A DNA stretch of 63,998 nucleotides, filler included, from Collodictyon triciliatum (taxonomy: Eukaryota): NCBI GenBank assembly GCA_043381765.1. It is 5 parts of 5 records of this genome, joined end to end, with 100 filler letters (N's around TTAATTAATTAA, not from the genome) between each part and the next. Parts side by side here need not be neighbours in the genome. Positions count along the whole stretch, not along the records: positions 1 to 13,559 come from JBHJMP010001964.1; positions 13,660 to 27,220 come from JBHJMP010001965.1; 3 more parts are not named here. The stretch is one strand, 5' to 3'. Positions 1 through 14,582 of this stretch are shown here, in pieces (positions within the stretch are counted from its first letter, which is position 1; every line of letters begins with the position of its first letter). The position numbers were made by a program, and so were the translations under genes. The notes beneath the pieces were generated by a model, which was not told where the DNA came from, did no database searches, and saw nothing but the letters and a program-made list of their open reading frames with translations.

Positions 1-90
1 TTTTATTGTTTTATTGTTTTATTGTTTTATTGTTTTATTGTTTTATTGTTTTATTGTTTTATTGTTTTATTGTTTTATTGTTTTATTGTT
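1..90. repeat. (TTTTATTG)n tandem repeat
   Basis: About 11 tandem 8-mers read directly at the window start. Confidence 0.95.
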
Positions 91-728
91 TTTTGTTTTC
101 TGTAAACGATCGCTTTTTGGCTGCTAATGTGTATTTTCGTAAATCCAACACATTTCATCGCAATCGATTTTCCTCATTCCACCCTAGGAATTCTATTCCA
201 GATATGTTCGTCTAAACAGGAAAATTCAATGAAAAGTCCGACTAGCACTTGTAGTCGCTCGTAGCCGCTGTAGCCAAAGCCACACGCGCCGCCTTCTGAT
301 TGTGGAACTTAATGCATATCCCTTTTTCAACCACTATCCCAGGCGTTTAGGAGAAGGAATCAAAAGCGAAGCAGATGAAAAGCAGATGAAAAGCAGATGT
401 AAAGCAGATGAAGAGCCCAAAACCCAAAGTCAGGGTGAGCTGCGAAGGCGAGTCGAAGCGAACAGAATCGAAAAGCCGACGCAGTTTGTGTGCCATGGAA
501 GTTGTCGCCGCCCTGTCTCAGAAAACCAGACTTCTTCCGGAGTCCCCGATCGTCCTGTTTGCCTTTACCTGCAGCTTGTGGTTAGGGCTGGCCGAAGAAG
601 ATAGAAAAAGAGAGAAACAAAAAAAAAACAATGTCTGAATAACTAAGTCGAGGAGGATAAAAAGCAGCTACGGAACTGACCTCTATGATACTGCGTTGGT
701 ATGTTCTAGTCGATCCGCTCCTGCAAGA

Positions 729-2362
729 ATGCTGACCTCGCTTCGCCTTCTCCGCCCCTTCACCCAGATCGTAAGCCTTCCGTGATTTTTCTTTCCTCTT
801 TTCCTTTTTTCCTCTTTTCCTTTTTTCCTCTTTTCTCTTTTCTCTTTTCTCTTTTCTCTTTTCTCTTTTCTCTTTTCTCTTTTCTCTTTTCTCTTTTCTC
901 TTTTCTCTTTTGTCTACACTCTCCATATGCCTAATCTATGTGAAACGTAAGGAACCGCACCCCTACCGACCTAGAAACCCGAAGATCAAATCATTTTTTC
1001 ACACGTGGATATAAGAGTTTCAACCACTCAAACCAAACACATGTACTACTTTGCAGCGCGCCGTCCACACTCTGCCCGCCCTCCCCTACGACATCTCCAA
1101 AGGACTCGGCGATGTCTTAAGCCCAAAGATCCTTGATTTCCACTACAACAAGCACCACCAGGCCTACATCACAAAGACCAATGAACTCATCAAAGGTTCT
1201 TTTCTTTCCATTTTTCTCTCTTTGTTTATTCTGTTACATGCCCCATTTATTGCGGCCAATTGTTTCGGTTCGTCATTTAACTTATTAGTATCCGCCATTG
1301 AAGTTAACAACAAAATAAACAAAGCTCAATAAATCACAGGAACCATTTGGGAGAAAGCTACACTTGAGGAGATCATCCTTGGCACCGCAAATGACGCCAG
1401 CTCTGCGGTTCTCTTCAACAACGCCGTAAGCAATATCTATTCGCGTGCTGACATCAATAATGTCTATGTGTGGCTGCAATCCCTTCGTACTTGGAATATT
1501 GCCCACATTTTTGTTTTCTTTTCATGCTCAACCCTCTTGCTAACCTTATGTATGGATTTGATTGTGAACAGGCCCAGGTCTGGAACCACACCTTCTACTG
1601 GTTCTGTCTGACTCCGAACCCATCTGCGCCTCCAAGTGGTGATTTTGTCAAAGCCGTCACCAAGGACTTTGGCTCCCTGGACAACTTCAAGGACCAGGTT
1701 TCCCCTACTGATTTTTTTTTTTGTTTCCTAGGCGTATTTTGGTCCACAAGAAACACCGTCGTTTACCTGCCTCATTCTTGCTCTTCTATTCGATGTCTTC
1801 TTCAAACTGTGCTATCCAAGCAAAGCGGATAAGCAAATGTCACGATACGACACTAAATACATCCATATCATAGTTTGGAAACTTGGCGGTCGCTAACTTC
1901 GGAAGCGGATGGACATGGCTGGTTTACAATCGCGCCAAGGGTGCACTAGAAATCAAGTGAGATTACTTACCAAAAATAAAAAAAAAGAAGAGGCAAATGC
2001 ATATGGGGACTGAAAACATAAACTGACTGGGTAAGAGTCTAACATTTATTCTAACCAACTCAATATGAAGGAATACATCGAACGCCGCAAACCCAACCAC
2101 AGATAACCTCATCCCTATCCTCACCGTCGATGTTTGGGAGCACGCATACTACCTTGACCACCAGAACCGCCGTGCCGTATGCATAAAAATATTTATCCTT
2201 TTTCTTTGCTTTTCTTTTTTTTTTTCTGATACCATTCATCCATACATACTTCGGTCATTCTTCGTAATAACGCCGCGCCGCTTTCAGGAATATGTCAAGA
2301 AGTGGTGGAACATCGTCAACTGGGACTTTGTCAGCAAGAACTACGAGAAGGCCCGCTCGTAA
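729..2362 (+). CDS. sodB: Iron superoxide dismutase (Fe-SOD) with N-terminal mitochondrial-type presequence; 7 exons
   Basis: Exon 1 (729-770) reads [14 protein letters not shown], then a GT-AG intron 771-1056. The spliced product continues [76 protein letters not shown], ending at TAA 2360-2362. AQVWNH and TSNA are Fe-type signatures. Confidence 0.95.
786..911. repeat. (TTTTCTC)n microsatellite in SOD intron 1
   Basis: Tandem 7-mer read directly. Confidence 0.9.
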
Positions 2363-3162
2363 GTCTCCCACAAGCCCTCACAAACCAGTCGCTGAAGCAC
2401 TGCGATGGAGATGAAATAAACCAACCAGGCAAGCAACAGCACATCGGGGACGTGTGAAACCCGCATATTCCTTTCCATCACCAAAATATCGACGGTGGCA
2501 ATCATGTTAGAAGAGAGCCTTTCCATGACGATTCAGAGACAGCCGCATGATACTCTCACTCAGCAAAAATAACGTCATCAGCTTGCACTCTGCAAGCAAG
2601 TCTCAGATGTGTGAATTCTCGTCCTTCTCCCAAAGTCAGAGTTAGGGATATAAGGAAATGGAAATGAAAATTGTAATGTATGAGTCGAAGTCAATATCTA
2701 AATTATTTGATTATTATCATTCACAGGCTGAAACTCTCTTTGTTTCGGTGCGTTCAATTATTCTATTATTCATTTCGTATACACAAAAAGAAACACACAT
2801 CCACAAAAGCACGGGGGAGAGCGAGGACCGGAATGATGAACCGCGTCTGGAATCAGTCTAGAGTCTCTCTGCATGCCTCACGCACTTCCCAACCTGCGTG
2901 CCATCTGGCCCCGACCCGCCTGCTGCAGAAGCACGCTCAGATAATTGTTTACAGACGACAGCCGAATCCTACTTGCATTTGCGGAGGCAGGCATTTTAAA
3001 AGAAGGAGCCAAGGGGATGAATGAGGAAAGGAAAAGATAGACAGAGAAAGAAATAATCGCAACAATCAACATCTCATGCAGATAAATACAAGACATCCAT
3101 CATGTCATGAACCTAACAAAAAATAAAATAATAATAAAGAATGATTCACAATCAAATGAAGG

Positions 3163-6100
3163 TTAGGTTGGTACAAACCGTTCTGCTTGCTCCACCCTGA
3201 CAAAGTGAGAGAGCAAGTGCTGGTTATTCACGCACTTCCGGATTATTTCGCACAGATATTGATTCAAGCTCTCCAGTTCCAGCAGACGCGAAACGGGTGG
3301 CATGTTTGGCGCATTGCCCATCACAATCATACCCGCTGCAGGCAGCCTTCGCTGAGCAGGAAAGTGCCGCAATCCTGGTTGCATCACACGGCGCATCGGA
3401 GCTGTCACGGCTGCTCTTTGGGCGTGCGAATCAATGCGGATGGAGACCGAATGAATTACAGAGTGTGGAAGTGATGCATGCTGATGGGGGCGAGACATAG
3501 CGATTGGTTTCGGTGGGGTTTTTCGGAAACGCACTCGATTCTGGCTATGATGAAAACCTGTGTTGTGGCGACGAGGCGTGTGGCGGCTCAGTGTAATCTT
3601 AACTGGGGTGGATGCATTGGATTTGGCCGCTTGCTCAGACGGATACTTGGCTTCGTTTCGCAGTATGGGCGTACCCCTCTCCTTCTCGGCGGGTGTGTAA
3701 AGGATATCAGAGTGCGTGGTAGAGCGTTTTGGTGTTATTTCAGGTTGAAGGTCTGCTCTTTGGTCACTGGTCTCTTGATTCCCACAAGCAGAGATGTTAT
3801 GGTGGGGCTTGGTGGCACTGGTTTGCTGAATTTGTTCGGAGGATACAAGCGAGTCGCTGTCGTGATTGGGACTTCTGGGAGTGATTTGTTTGGAAAGTGG
3901 TGAATAGGATGCTGTCTCGCAGAATGAGCATGTCCTTGAAGGCGATGGTGAGTCTGGAACGTTTGGTGTTGGTGTTGGTGTTGGTGCTGATTGCTCTGTT
4001 GCGCTTTCCCTCGCACCCAACGTGTTTTCCGGTGTCACCGGTGGAAGAGAACTCAAGGATGACATGGCCATGTCTTCTAAAGATTTAAATTCAACAGAGT
4101 CAAGAGATGACACCAATTTTTCCACAACCGATTTCACATTTTCCAGCCATGCGAGCGCCTCGTTGAACTCTTTTGAAGTAGACTTTTCGGGTGTGCTGTG
4201 TTTGTCTTGGTGCACCGTTGGAATGGGTTTGTATTCAATAATCTCATCTTGTCGTTCCATATTCAATCTGGATAGTTTGAACTGCAACTCGGTGGATTTG
4301 AATATCAGGTCGATTTTTTTGGGAAGAAGCTCCTCTAGCTTCTTTTGGGTGGCGATCTTTTCGTTTGTCTGGCAGCTCGGTTGATTGTCCGGTAATTCGC
4401 ATACTATGCAGTCCAGGATACTTTCTTCGTTCGAATGGGATGCTAATGCATGGGATTGAGCGGCTTGTGTTGTGTGACAGCATCTAGCTGGCCCGTCATC
4501 GTCAAGCAGAATACTCTCTAATCGCAAAATATCTCTGTCCAGCTCTACTACCTCCTCTTCCAGTTTTTGAAGTTCGCACCTGGTGAGCTGTATTGTTTCT
4601 TTCAACTCATCCTTCTCCTTGACTACCTTCGTTACGACAGCACTCCCTTTAAGAGCCTCTGTAAGTTGGTCAGGTTCTTGGGATTTGGTTTTGTGTTTCT
4701 GAGGGCAATTTGATACTGCTTGATAAAATTCATTGACTGTTCCCAAAATATTCGTCTTAAGAGTTTTCAGTACAGCGAGCAAGACTTCGATGGATGGAGT
4801 AATATTTTCTGGCTGATGGATAGCAATTGTGTTCACTAACGTGTCCTTGGTTCTTGGTGTTGTCTGAGTGTTTTCATCTATACTTTGTGTTGGTCGGAAA
4901 ATGCTCACTCCAGGCACAGAAAGCCTGTTTTGTGAATCTTGCTGGTGCCCAATGTTCATTATATGCTTCTTGGGAGTCACTTGGAGGATTCGTTGACTGA
5001 CCAAACGATTCCCAGGTGATTTCTGCTTTGGTTTAGGGGAAAATATTTGGTCTGTTGCATCGCTAAGAACCGTGACGTTTTGGTCAATTTGAGGTTCAAT
5101 CGCCATCGTGGAATACTTTAGAGGACTCTCTGCGGCTGGTGTGATGATTTGGTTTGTCGTGTTCTCCTTCTGGTAATCGTCGGGTTCATTCTTGCATTTA
5201 CCCGGTGTTGAATCCTAAAGTTTGAATATATCAGTAAACGTTGGGGAAGCAAAACGCGCATCTTCTATCAAAATACGAAACCTGAAATATATATTCTCTA
5301 AAGAAAAAATGGTAATAATTCGTAATCGAAGGCAAATTTGTTGAATGAAACATATATTGGTACCTTTTTCCCATGTTTACATTTTTCTTGGTATTCACGT
5401 CTGGATTTAGGCTTTCGAATCAATTGGTTACTATCAACACTGCTGAGCCCAGGGTATAATTTCCATGTCCCTGGCTTTTTCATATGCGAAACAGCATATC
5501 CCGCACGCGTAGGAGTTAATGATATTTCGATGCGAGAATTAGAATGAGAATGTGAGTGAGAATGTGAGTGAGAATGTGAGTGGGGGTTAATTGAACAAGC
5601 ATTCATCTTGGCTTCTTCATTCTTTAACTGAATTGGCTGTGTAGTATTTGATTCGCTTGTACGGTCAACTGCCTTGCCAATTTTTTCACAGCTGACTTTA
5701 ATAATTAGCTCATGCAATTGCTCATCGCTGGGTTTATTTGTCGTAGGTAACGAGTATTCACCCGAAGAAACCATTGAGACACACATTTCTTTCAACCTCG
5801 ACATATATGTTTGTAGAGCACCGCATAATTCAGACATACTTTGCTCTGTATCAACATCTTTGTTTTCAACAGGATGAACACCGCCACGAGAGACATTGTC
5901 GGAGGTAATTTCTTTGATGGCTCGATTTAGTTTGCGTCTAAGCGGTGAATTCGTGGCAACGTGGAGCGAATCTCGTGACTTAAGTAAGCTGGTGTGCTCC
6001 TCTTGGAGTTTGTTGAGTTCGACCGTGGCGATTTCCAAATGATGTTCCATACCTTCCAGGCTGATCCTCATTCTGTGAAGCTCCTCCTTAAGTTTGGTGT

Positions 6101-9100
6101 TTTCTCTTTCTAATTTACTTCCCTGGAGTCGCCCTTCTGTCTCCTCGATAAACACATTTGATAGACTTTTGGAAATGACCGAAGCTTGTGATGAGCATTC
6201 GTCTAAATCCCTGTTCTTCTGTTCGAGTTGAAGAGTCAGTTTCTCATTCTCTTTCTTAATATCTTTCTTTTCCTTAAGTGCTTCCGATATTTCAAACGTG
6301 ATTTGATGTATCTCTTCCACTGTAACATCTGATAACACAAGAGTTTGTTGACTCGCATTTGAGGTACCTTCTTCCTTCTTCCGGTCTTTCTTTAGCATGA
6401 CTTTAACATTCCTGCAAAATTCATTGAAGGCACGATGAACATCATCCACGTTGATCAGATGATCTGGGCATTCTTGCTGTTGCGTCGCCGTCTTCAGCGT
6501 GATTCCATCACAAGCCCTTGCTGGGAATGTTGGTTGGTTTAATTGTTCGAATGTGCTGCGTAGAGCAGTTGTAAATGTTCCGCCATTTGAATGTTCAGGA
6601 ATGAGATTTGCATCAGCTCTGGCTTCAATAGACCACTTCGTAGGAGATGAACAGGAGTCGGTTTGGTCAAGCAATCGAGTGGAACTCTTTCTTTGAGCAG
6701 ACTTGTTTAAAATAATATCTTGACTAGGAGGACAGCAAGAAACCGCGCTGCTCTCCGTGCATTCAAAACGTATATTTTCTACTTTATCGCAAGCATGCTT
6801 GGATATGCTGTTGGGGACTGGTGCTACACTTATGTCATTCACATCGACGTGCATGTGCTTTTCTATCCCCTCAAAAATTGTTTCGTTGGAAGAATCAGAT
6901 GTATCAAGCACAGTAAACGGTGGTTCGAATTCGACAACTTTACTCGATGCTTTGGTTTCCCCGTGTTTGGAATGTCGGTCCTGTATGATGCTCCTTTCTT
7001 CTGATGATTCCAATTTCATAGAGGTCTTATTCAATTCTGGTAATAATTGGTCTTTCTGTGATATTAATATCGCAACTGCTTGGAATAATTTTCTTGTGCG
7101 ATTCAAATAGCCAGAGAATCCATCAAAATGAGAAGCTTTTTGTTCAAGCCTAGCATGTTGATCATAGAGCCCAACTTCAAGACGACTTAGCTCTTCGAAC
7201 GCAAGTTCTAAAGCATCTTCATACGTTTTTGCCTCATCGGCGAATAATCCGGCCTTTTCTGTCGTATTTTGATAAAGGGATTGGCAGAGCGAAGCTTTTC
7301 TGTGTTCCAACTGTTCATCTTCAACAAGAAGCAGTCTTTTTGTGGATAGGGCAACATCATCTGTTAATGTTGTTGACGTTTCCATGTGTTGAATCTCTGT
7401 TTCGTTTGGATTATTAATTTCTACCAATCGGTTTCCACACTTGACACAGTCGCCTTTCACGATTTCTTCAATTTGTAATTCGGCGTTTGCAAAACGATTT
7501 ACTAAGGAGTGTTCTTCCGCTTGTCGTAAACCCTTTAAAGGAAAAATGAATGTCAATGGATTATATTTCAAAATGAGGTCATTTCTTTAATATTGATCAG
7601 GAAATTAAAGATAGATTTCTCAAAACAATTTAGTTGATAGATTTACAGTTGATATTGTACTGGATAATAATGTTACCTGGGGTTGGTGACCACCAAGTTG
7701 TTCAAATTTTGTACTTTCTCTTTGTGCAAATGAGTCTTTTCCTTTGTTTGTGGTAGACCCGCCTGTATGAACACTAACCCTGGTCTTTGTCGACGCTACT
7801 AACTCCGAATCTGAAGAGGAAGAGTCACTCCAGTCCTTAAACGGGGAAGACATAAACGACATTTTGTGTGCAGCGTGTCGGTGGGATGGTATTGGAGTTT
7901 TGACTGTGGTTATGACATTCTGAATCATTGTAATTTCATCTTTGAGCCGTCCGTTCTAGAAATAGACATGTAATTTAGCATTTTACTGATGAATATTTGA
8001 TTTCTTTGTTACGTTTGAAGAAAAATAGATTAATAATTATCAAGTCTCCTTATGTGGTGAAATGAAACCTATATTTCGAGTTGATTGCAAACCTCTTCTA
8101 ATGTTTTATCTAACTTTGTCCTGAGCTCTTCAATTTCTTTATTCTTTGAATGAATTTCATTTTCAGATATCTTCAGTTGTTGTGGGTTCACTTCGACTTT
8201 CAGATTTAGGTCCGATATTTGATTCTTCAGCTTCTGTATCGTGTCCTCGTAGGAACGCGCGTCATTGGATATCTGAAGTGTCGTTCCTTTTTTAAATTCG
8301 TCAAACTTCTTGGTGACATCTGAGACCATCGCTCGTTGGCACTAAAGGAAAAGCAAATAGCACATTTAAAACTAAAAGGGACAGTTTGGCTGGGTTAACC
8401 GTTATAAACAAGGTAACTCTACTTTAGTACAGAATATTTTTTTTTGTTTTTTTATGAAAATGGCAAAAGAAAAACAGTTTAACAGAGAATAGAATTGATA
8501 GCTAACCTCGTTTTCAGATAGCAACGAAGCAATGCAGCTCTGCATTTCTTTGTTCCATTCTTCTAGTGTCTGGACACGTTTTCGTGACGCAGCAGCATCT
8601 TGTTGCAATTTTTGCATCATATCCTCATTTTCCACTTGTATTTCATCAACTGCCAGAAGCTGATTCTGGTAGTTCTATACAATAATACAAACAAACTCGA
8701 TAAATTGGCTCGACTTAACTGAAAAGTTGAACTTCATCGACGGAATGATTATAACGATTATACAACGAAATTATATTACGCGATTTCTCTACAAAGAGAC
8801 TCAATATGTGAGCTTTCTTATATTTTTGTTTTACGTTTGCACAAAAATGAAAATAATTATGAAAAAGGAATGATTGTGTTTTTTTCGTGGAAGAAAATAC
8901 CATAATCATGGTGTCTTTTCTCGAAAGTTCTTTCTCGTAAGAGGCTATTCGCGCTTCATAAGTCCTCTCCGACTTTGGAAATGAGGTTATTGGGGTGGAA
9001 CCTTTGCTGGGTTGATAACTCTCTGATTCTCTTTCTTCATCATAGTTCAAGTTGCTGTTTTCATACACAGGGAGCATCAAATATTGGAATCCCTATTATT

Positions 9101-12100
9101 GCAGATGTGGCGATACTTTTAGATAAGCAAATAAACAGTACTTCTTCTATGGTGTGGTGTGTAATTATCGAAAGATTTATCAAAGGTGATTAGAGGTGAA
9201 ACAAATTGAAACAAGAGACACAGTTGCAAGAAAATCAATAATGTTGTGTGTATAAATTGAAAGGATATTTTGCTGTGGTGGAGTATATTTCTCAAACCTT
9301 TAGTACTTTTAGTTTGAACAAAAATGCACTTATAGTTAGACTTTTCTCTTTTTCGTTACTGAAAAGCTGAAGAAGCTCCCTCTTCAACCACAACTCTTCT
9401 TTCACCTCACATTCACGTAGAAGAATGGATATGTCGCTCTCCGAGCAAAAAGCAGTAAAATTCGATGAAGAAGCAAGTTTCTAAAAGGTTCAGATAGCAT
9501 ATTTCAAACATCAAGGGAAACATATATCACAGTATATGGGCTATGTGAGGCTAAGATACACATATATATGTATAGTATATATTTATAATAAAATATAGTT
9601 ATTTACATCAATGATGAGTTCGAGCGCGGACGGTATGATTTTCTTGATAATTATTTCGTAGCCTTGATTAACTGCCTTCAAATTTTGCCTAGTGGCAAAT
9701 GTGTAAATGGCCACAGTAATCTTATGAGAGAACCAGATTGCATCAATAAAGTCCGGAACGCTGATTAGAGACACAGCTTCTCCTTGAATTTCAAAAGCTG
9801 AGGGTTCGAGAAACTTTGACTCATGGCCTGATTTCCAAAAAAAAAAAAACTTTAAGCAATCATAAAAAAAAAAAAAAGTGAAGTATTGAATATGGCGACA
9901 ATTCATGGTATGAACACAAGAGTCAAATTTCTCTATTTTGTTCGAGAGGTATAGAATAGTACATATTCTTCGATTAGACTAATATATATACCCTGAGGTG
10001 TGTATTTTAAGCATTCGAACAGAATTTTGCCGCACTGGGATATTGGTATCATATTATCCCTATAACTTGAATGATTCATACACACTTTTTGGAGTTCTTG
10101 AAGGCGTGATTCGTCAAGTTTTCGAATAAGCTATGGTATGGGAATATTCGTTGCATGTGAGTGAATCGAATTTGGAGATAAGGAAAATGGATTAAACGCA
10201 AAATACTCACTTAAAATTACAAATTAATAATGAAAAAGAAAAAGGAAGAGTACAATATGTTGGTTTGATTCGATTTTTATGAGTATGTGTCTTTCTTTGA
10301 ACATGATTCTTTGGCATGATGATAATATTGATTCAGTGTAAATCAGGTATAGAACCTTGAGAAAAGGGAAACTGGACATGAACTTGCTCTCAAATGGATA
10401 GGCTGACTCTGTTTTATCGAAAAGTTCTACAGAGCTTTCAGGCATAGCACTTTCTGATTCAGAGATACTCTGTTCGGTACCTTGAAAGAGAATTCTTTGA
10501 GTATTACCCATTCTTTTCGTTGATTCTGAATACTATTTATGGACAAGTATTGCGGTTAGTCAAATGAATACATGATTATCCAATTGCAAGTGTAATCTGG
10601 TAGTGTAAAAATAGCACAGTTAAAAAGAATTTACGTTAAGGAAAATGTATATATGTATATATATATATTTGAATTATGCCGTGCAAATTGGGAAATGTTC
10701 CATTCATACTTGTTTGATGAAGCGAATTCCTTTTACAAGTTCATCAATGTTTATAGTATCATCTGCAGACTTTCTGAGGCCCAACAAATTTACTAATGCT
10801 AAAGTCTTTATGGCGGAATAATATGCAAATAGAATTATTAGAGTTGTGAAATTTTTAACTATATATATATTATTCAAGATCACAAACCGATAAAAAGGTG
10901 TGTATTAATAATATTCAATTTATTTTGAAAAATGGTTGGGCTTTCATGTTACCTGCTCATTCTCAAGACTCGGCCGAAAGTGCCGCAAAATATCGACAAG
11001 ATTACCAATAGATATGAAGCTATGAGAAACTGTTGTACTATTCTGTCCGATGAGCTCAGAGGAGGTCGATTGCATTAATTTTCTTTGAAGAGAAGTGATT
11101 TTACTGTCGTCGATTATGGTTACAAACTATGAAAGTCGAAATTTAGACAATCGCTGAAAAGAGAAGGTTTTATAATAGACCTTGAATTTTGTATGTCGAA
11201 AAAAAGCTTTTCATTTCTTTTATTTTCTTTTTTTAGAGAGTTTTTTTTAATATATAATAGGAGAACGGGAAGAGTGGAGTCGTACATGAAAAACTTCGTT
11301 CTCGAGTGACTTTGATTTTAGGTGGACAATAACTCTGTAGTACAAGTCTGGTGAGTAAAATTCCATAGACTTTTGATCATCTGATTGTCCTAATCCCTGT
11401 AAATGAAAAGAAAAAACATTAAATACCTTTACAAATAGAACAATTTCCTCCGACTTCTTGTTGATATGTATATTGCATTCACTTTGAAAATGTTGAGAAA
11501 ATTGCCTGAAAAGAGGCATGATATGTATAGTTTGAAGGGACGTGTTAGACACAAACACCACCAAGAAATAGAACAAACAAAATAAAAAAAATACGCGACT
11601 GAATGAAGTTGTACAAAGTGAAAAAGAGAGCGTCTTATGGCAAGAAAAGCATACTCTTTGGAGCCAGTGCATTCCGGATAAGAAGTCTTTGAAAGCAATA
11701 ATCCCGGAATTAGACGGGTCTAAATTGAATAAAAGACTACTGATTTGATCCTCAGACATATTTGTTTTGGAGGAGATGATTTGGCGCAGAACATCGACAG
11801 AAAGGTCCTTATTAGGGCCGAATACATCGAACCACCGGCCAAACTCTGGCTTCATTACATCGCAGACGAACTAGAAACGTTGTTTGATTAGTCCGGGCAT
11901 CAACACATTCCATTCTAAGTGCTATATTTGCAGATACAGATTTCATACGGTTTACTGAAATTGATAGAAACATGAATATGTGTCCATAATGAGAAGATGA
12001 AAATATGTGCAATATCATAGATGCAAGACCTCTTTGACGGCTGGATATACTTGTTTGGACGAGGGAGAGAGTGAATTTTCGCTGGATACACTCGAGGCAG

Positions 12101-13065
12101 CGTCCCCCGAGTCAGAGATCTTCACAGCCTAAAATAACGTTCGTATTGTAAGGAGTATTATGGGCGCCATTGTACCATCATATTGCACTGCAATCAACAG
12201 ACGCGGCTATTTCTTAATAATGTTTTTGTATCTTTTCTTGTAGAATTTGCATTTCAGCTTCATGTATACAGTTCTAAGAGGGACATAAACAACTTTGCTC
12301 TTTATAAAACAAAAAAAAAACAAAACAAATATGTATAGTAAATAATTGGCTGTTTTTCTAATAACAGTAATTTGTTTCGTTGCATGTACGTGAATCACAA
12401 AGAAAACAACTGTCGAAGAAAGAATACAAATATGTTAAATGCTTCAATTACCAATCGAAACCAACGTGCTGCTTGAGTAAAGTCTCTTAATAGAATCGCG
12501 TTTCCTGATGTCTGTGGGCCGAGACTTCTGAATATGGTGGTTGCCTTTTCACGCGTCAAGGCCGGGTTTGTTTTTAACACAAATGAGCTGAACTCATCAA
12601 CTGTAACCTATTATAAAAATCGATAAAATGAACCTTATCTTTAATATTAATAAAAAAAAAAAGGATGTTTATTTCCATGAGTATTCATGATTCGGAGTAG
12701 TCGAATTAGTTAACACAGGATAGAAATTTCATTGATTTGACAGGACTATAATTACATATCAATGCAACAGTTAAGCTTATTTGAATATATTGTTTCACAA
12801 AAGTATGTAAAAATCATAATAAAATTCCAGAATGGAGGACAAGTAATTCACATTTGAAAAAAATACGGGAATGGTTATATAGGAAACGGAAGAGAAGCAA
12901 GAAACGATCGGAAATACCAGTTCGCGAGAACCAAGAGAGGCGATCCAGTCTTCGAGTTCTCTTTCAGCAATAGAAAAGAAAAACTATGACGCTCTCAAGT
13001 TAGAATTATGCGCAGGAGCAACGAGGAAAAGATACATGGTCTAGTTCAAATTTTATGCCAAGCAT
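3163..13065 (-). CDS. Large multi-exon protein: N-terminal EF-hand-like segments, then long coiled-coil and low-complexity regions
   Basis: ATG at 13065 (MLGIKFELDH|FFFSIAERELEDWIASLGSREL|VTVDEFSSFV...). EF-hand-like loop LFNLDPSNSGIIAFKDFLSGM near 11700. Two large exons (ORFs 5298-7571 and 3163-5106) are heptad-rich in E/K/L and flanked by GT-AG sites. Could be more than one gene. Confidence 0.6.
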
Positions 13066-13461
13066 GTCTTTTTTTTCTTTATCGCTTGTATATTTAGAGT
13101 CATTTGAGTGTTTTGTCTGTTTATTTTATATGTTTTCATTTTATTAGGAGGAGTTCATTCGATCCCATAGCTTTATGTTTATGTTTGATAGTTTTTTTTT
13201 GGCGGAAACGCTTTATAATAAGCACATTTATACATTTAGCTGCGTATTTGTACCTGTGAAAATCCGAAGGCGACATCTGGATGATCATTCATTTTAAACA
13301 TGTCCGACCTAGTTCATTTCGACAAGACATTATCAGTGCTTCAGTTTCTTCCCTTTTTTCCCATTTATTGGACCAAGAAGGTTTATGTATCAGTGACTGA
13401 TGAGCCACCGCGGTTTTCTTATGTGTTCATAGGGTAATTTTGGGTAAAAATAATATGGGAA

Positions 13462-13559
13462 TCTTTTTGTTTTATCTTTTTGTTTTATCTTTTTGTTTTA
13501 TCTTTTTGTTTTATCTTTTTGTTTTATCTTTTTGTTTTATCTTTTTGTTTTATCTTTTT
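13462..13559. repeat. (TTTTTGTTTTATC)n 13-mer tandem repeat at contig end
   Basis: Read directly. Confidence 0.9.
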
Positions 13560-13659
13560 NNNNNNNNNNNNNNNNNNNNNNNNNNNNNNNNNNNNNNNNN
13601 NNNTTAATTAATTAANNNNNNNNNNNNNNNNNNNNNNNNNNNNNNNNNNNNNNNNNNNN
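13560..13659. other. Artificial contig linker N44-TTAATTAATTAA-N44
   Basis: A 100-nt spacer with stops in all six frames, recurring four times in the window. Confidence 0.95.

Positions 13660-13744
<85 letters not shown>
13660..13744. repeat. (TAT)n microsatellite
   Basis: Read directly. Confidence 0.95.
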
Positions 13745-14472
13745 TAGTGTTTCATTTACATACTTATACTTTTTTTCACACGAATACAATGCCCAGGTTT
13801 GTTCGGAGGTTTGAGGGGCATATAACCGCATTCATGAACTTGGTATATCATACAGCCCTTTGTTTGCAATTTTTGGATTGCGTATTAGAAGACAAAGTTT
13901 GTTGAATTTAAAAATACAGATTGCGAGCCAAATTAACTTTTATTCTTCTGAATAATTAGTTTATGATATACAACACCAACAACAAAGAATTATGATATAC
14001 TAGAGTCTATTCTAGGAAAATTATAATTTACAGAGCAACAATGTGTGGTCGATATGAAGTGATGGCTAGTGCTGACTAAAATCCGATGCGTATTCATATA
14101 GCCTGCATAATTGCACGACCTTCACAAAAGGACAGTCTTACATAAAATAGCGAGCTACACGGACACAGCCACTGATGTTGCATTCCACCCACTTCACTCT
14201 CAACTGGCGACTTCGTGCTTGAATGAGAAAGTAAGAATATTTAATGAAAAGGAAAGTGGGAGCTCTTCATGATTATTGTCTACTTTTATCCAGTATCATA
14301 AATGCAAGTGGTAAAAATAAACGTGGGATGTGATGGAGTAATTCAGGTGTATTTGAATATTTTCCCCTGATTCTATGGTTTATCTCTTCCCGTATCAATA
14401 TAAAAGCTATACCACAATGCTATCATGTTTGCTAGAATTGATTGAGAATATTTATGTCGCTTTACTCCTTAC

Positions 14473-14582
14473 TTTGTTTTTGATTTGTTTTTGATTTGTT
14501 TTTGATTTGTTTTTGATTTGTTTTTGATTTGTTTTTGATTTGTTTTTGATTTGTTTTTGATTTGTTTTTGATTTGTTTTTTG
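14473..14582. repeat. (TTGTTTTTGAT)n 11-mer tandem repeat
   Basis: Read directly. Confidence 0.9.

Noticed and set aside
1-90. Terminal tandem repeats at contig ends as telomeres
   Set aside because: Each end has a different simple repeat or homopolymer, which is typical of assembly breaks at microsatellites.
12984-13035. Possible U12-type intron (5' GTATCTTTT)
   Set aside because: It mismatches RTATCCTTT and lacks a TTCCTTAAC branch; an ordinary short GT-AG intron with CTAAC explains it.
13604-13615. TTAATTAATTAA palindrome recurring four times (piggyBac TTAA-like or regulatory site)
   Set aside because: Always centred in 88 Ns, so it is a synthetic six-frame-stop linker.
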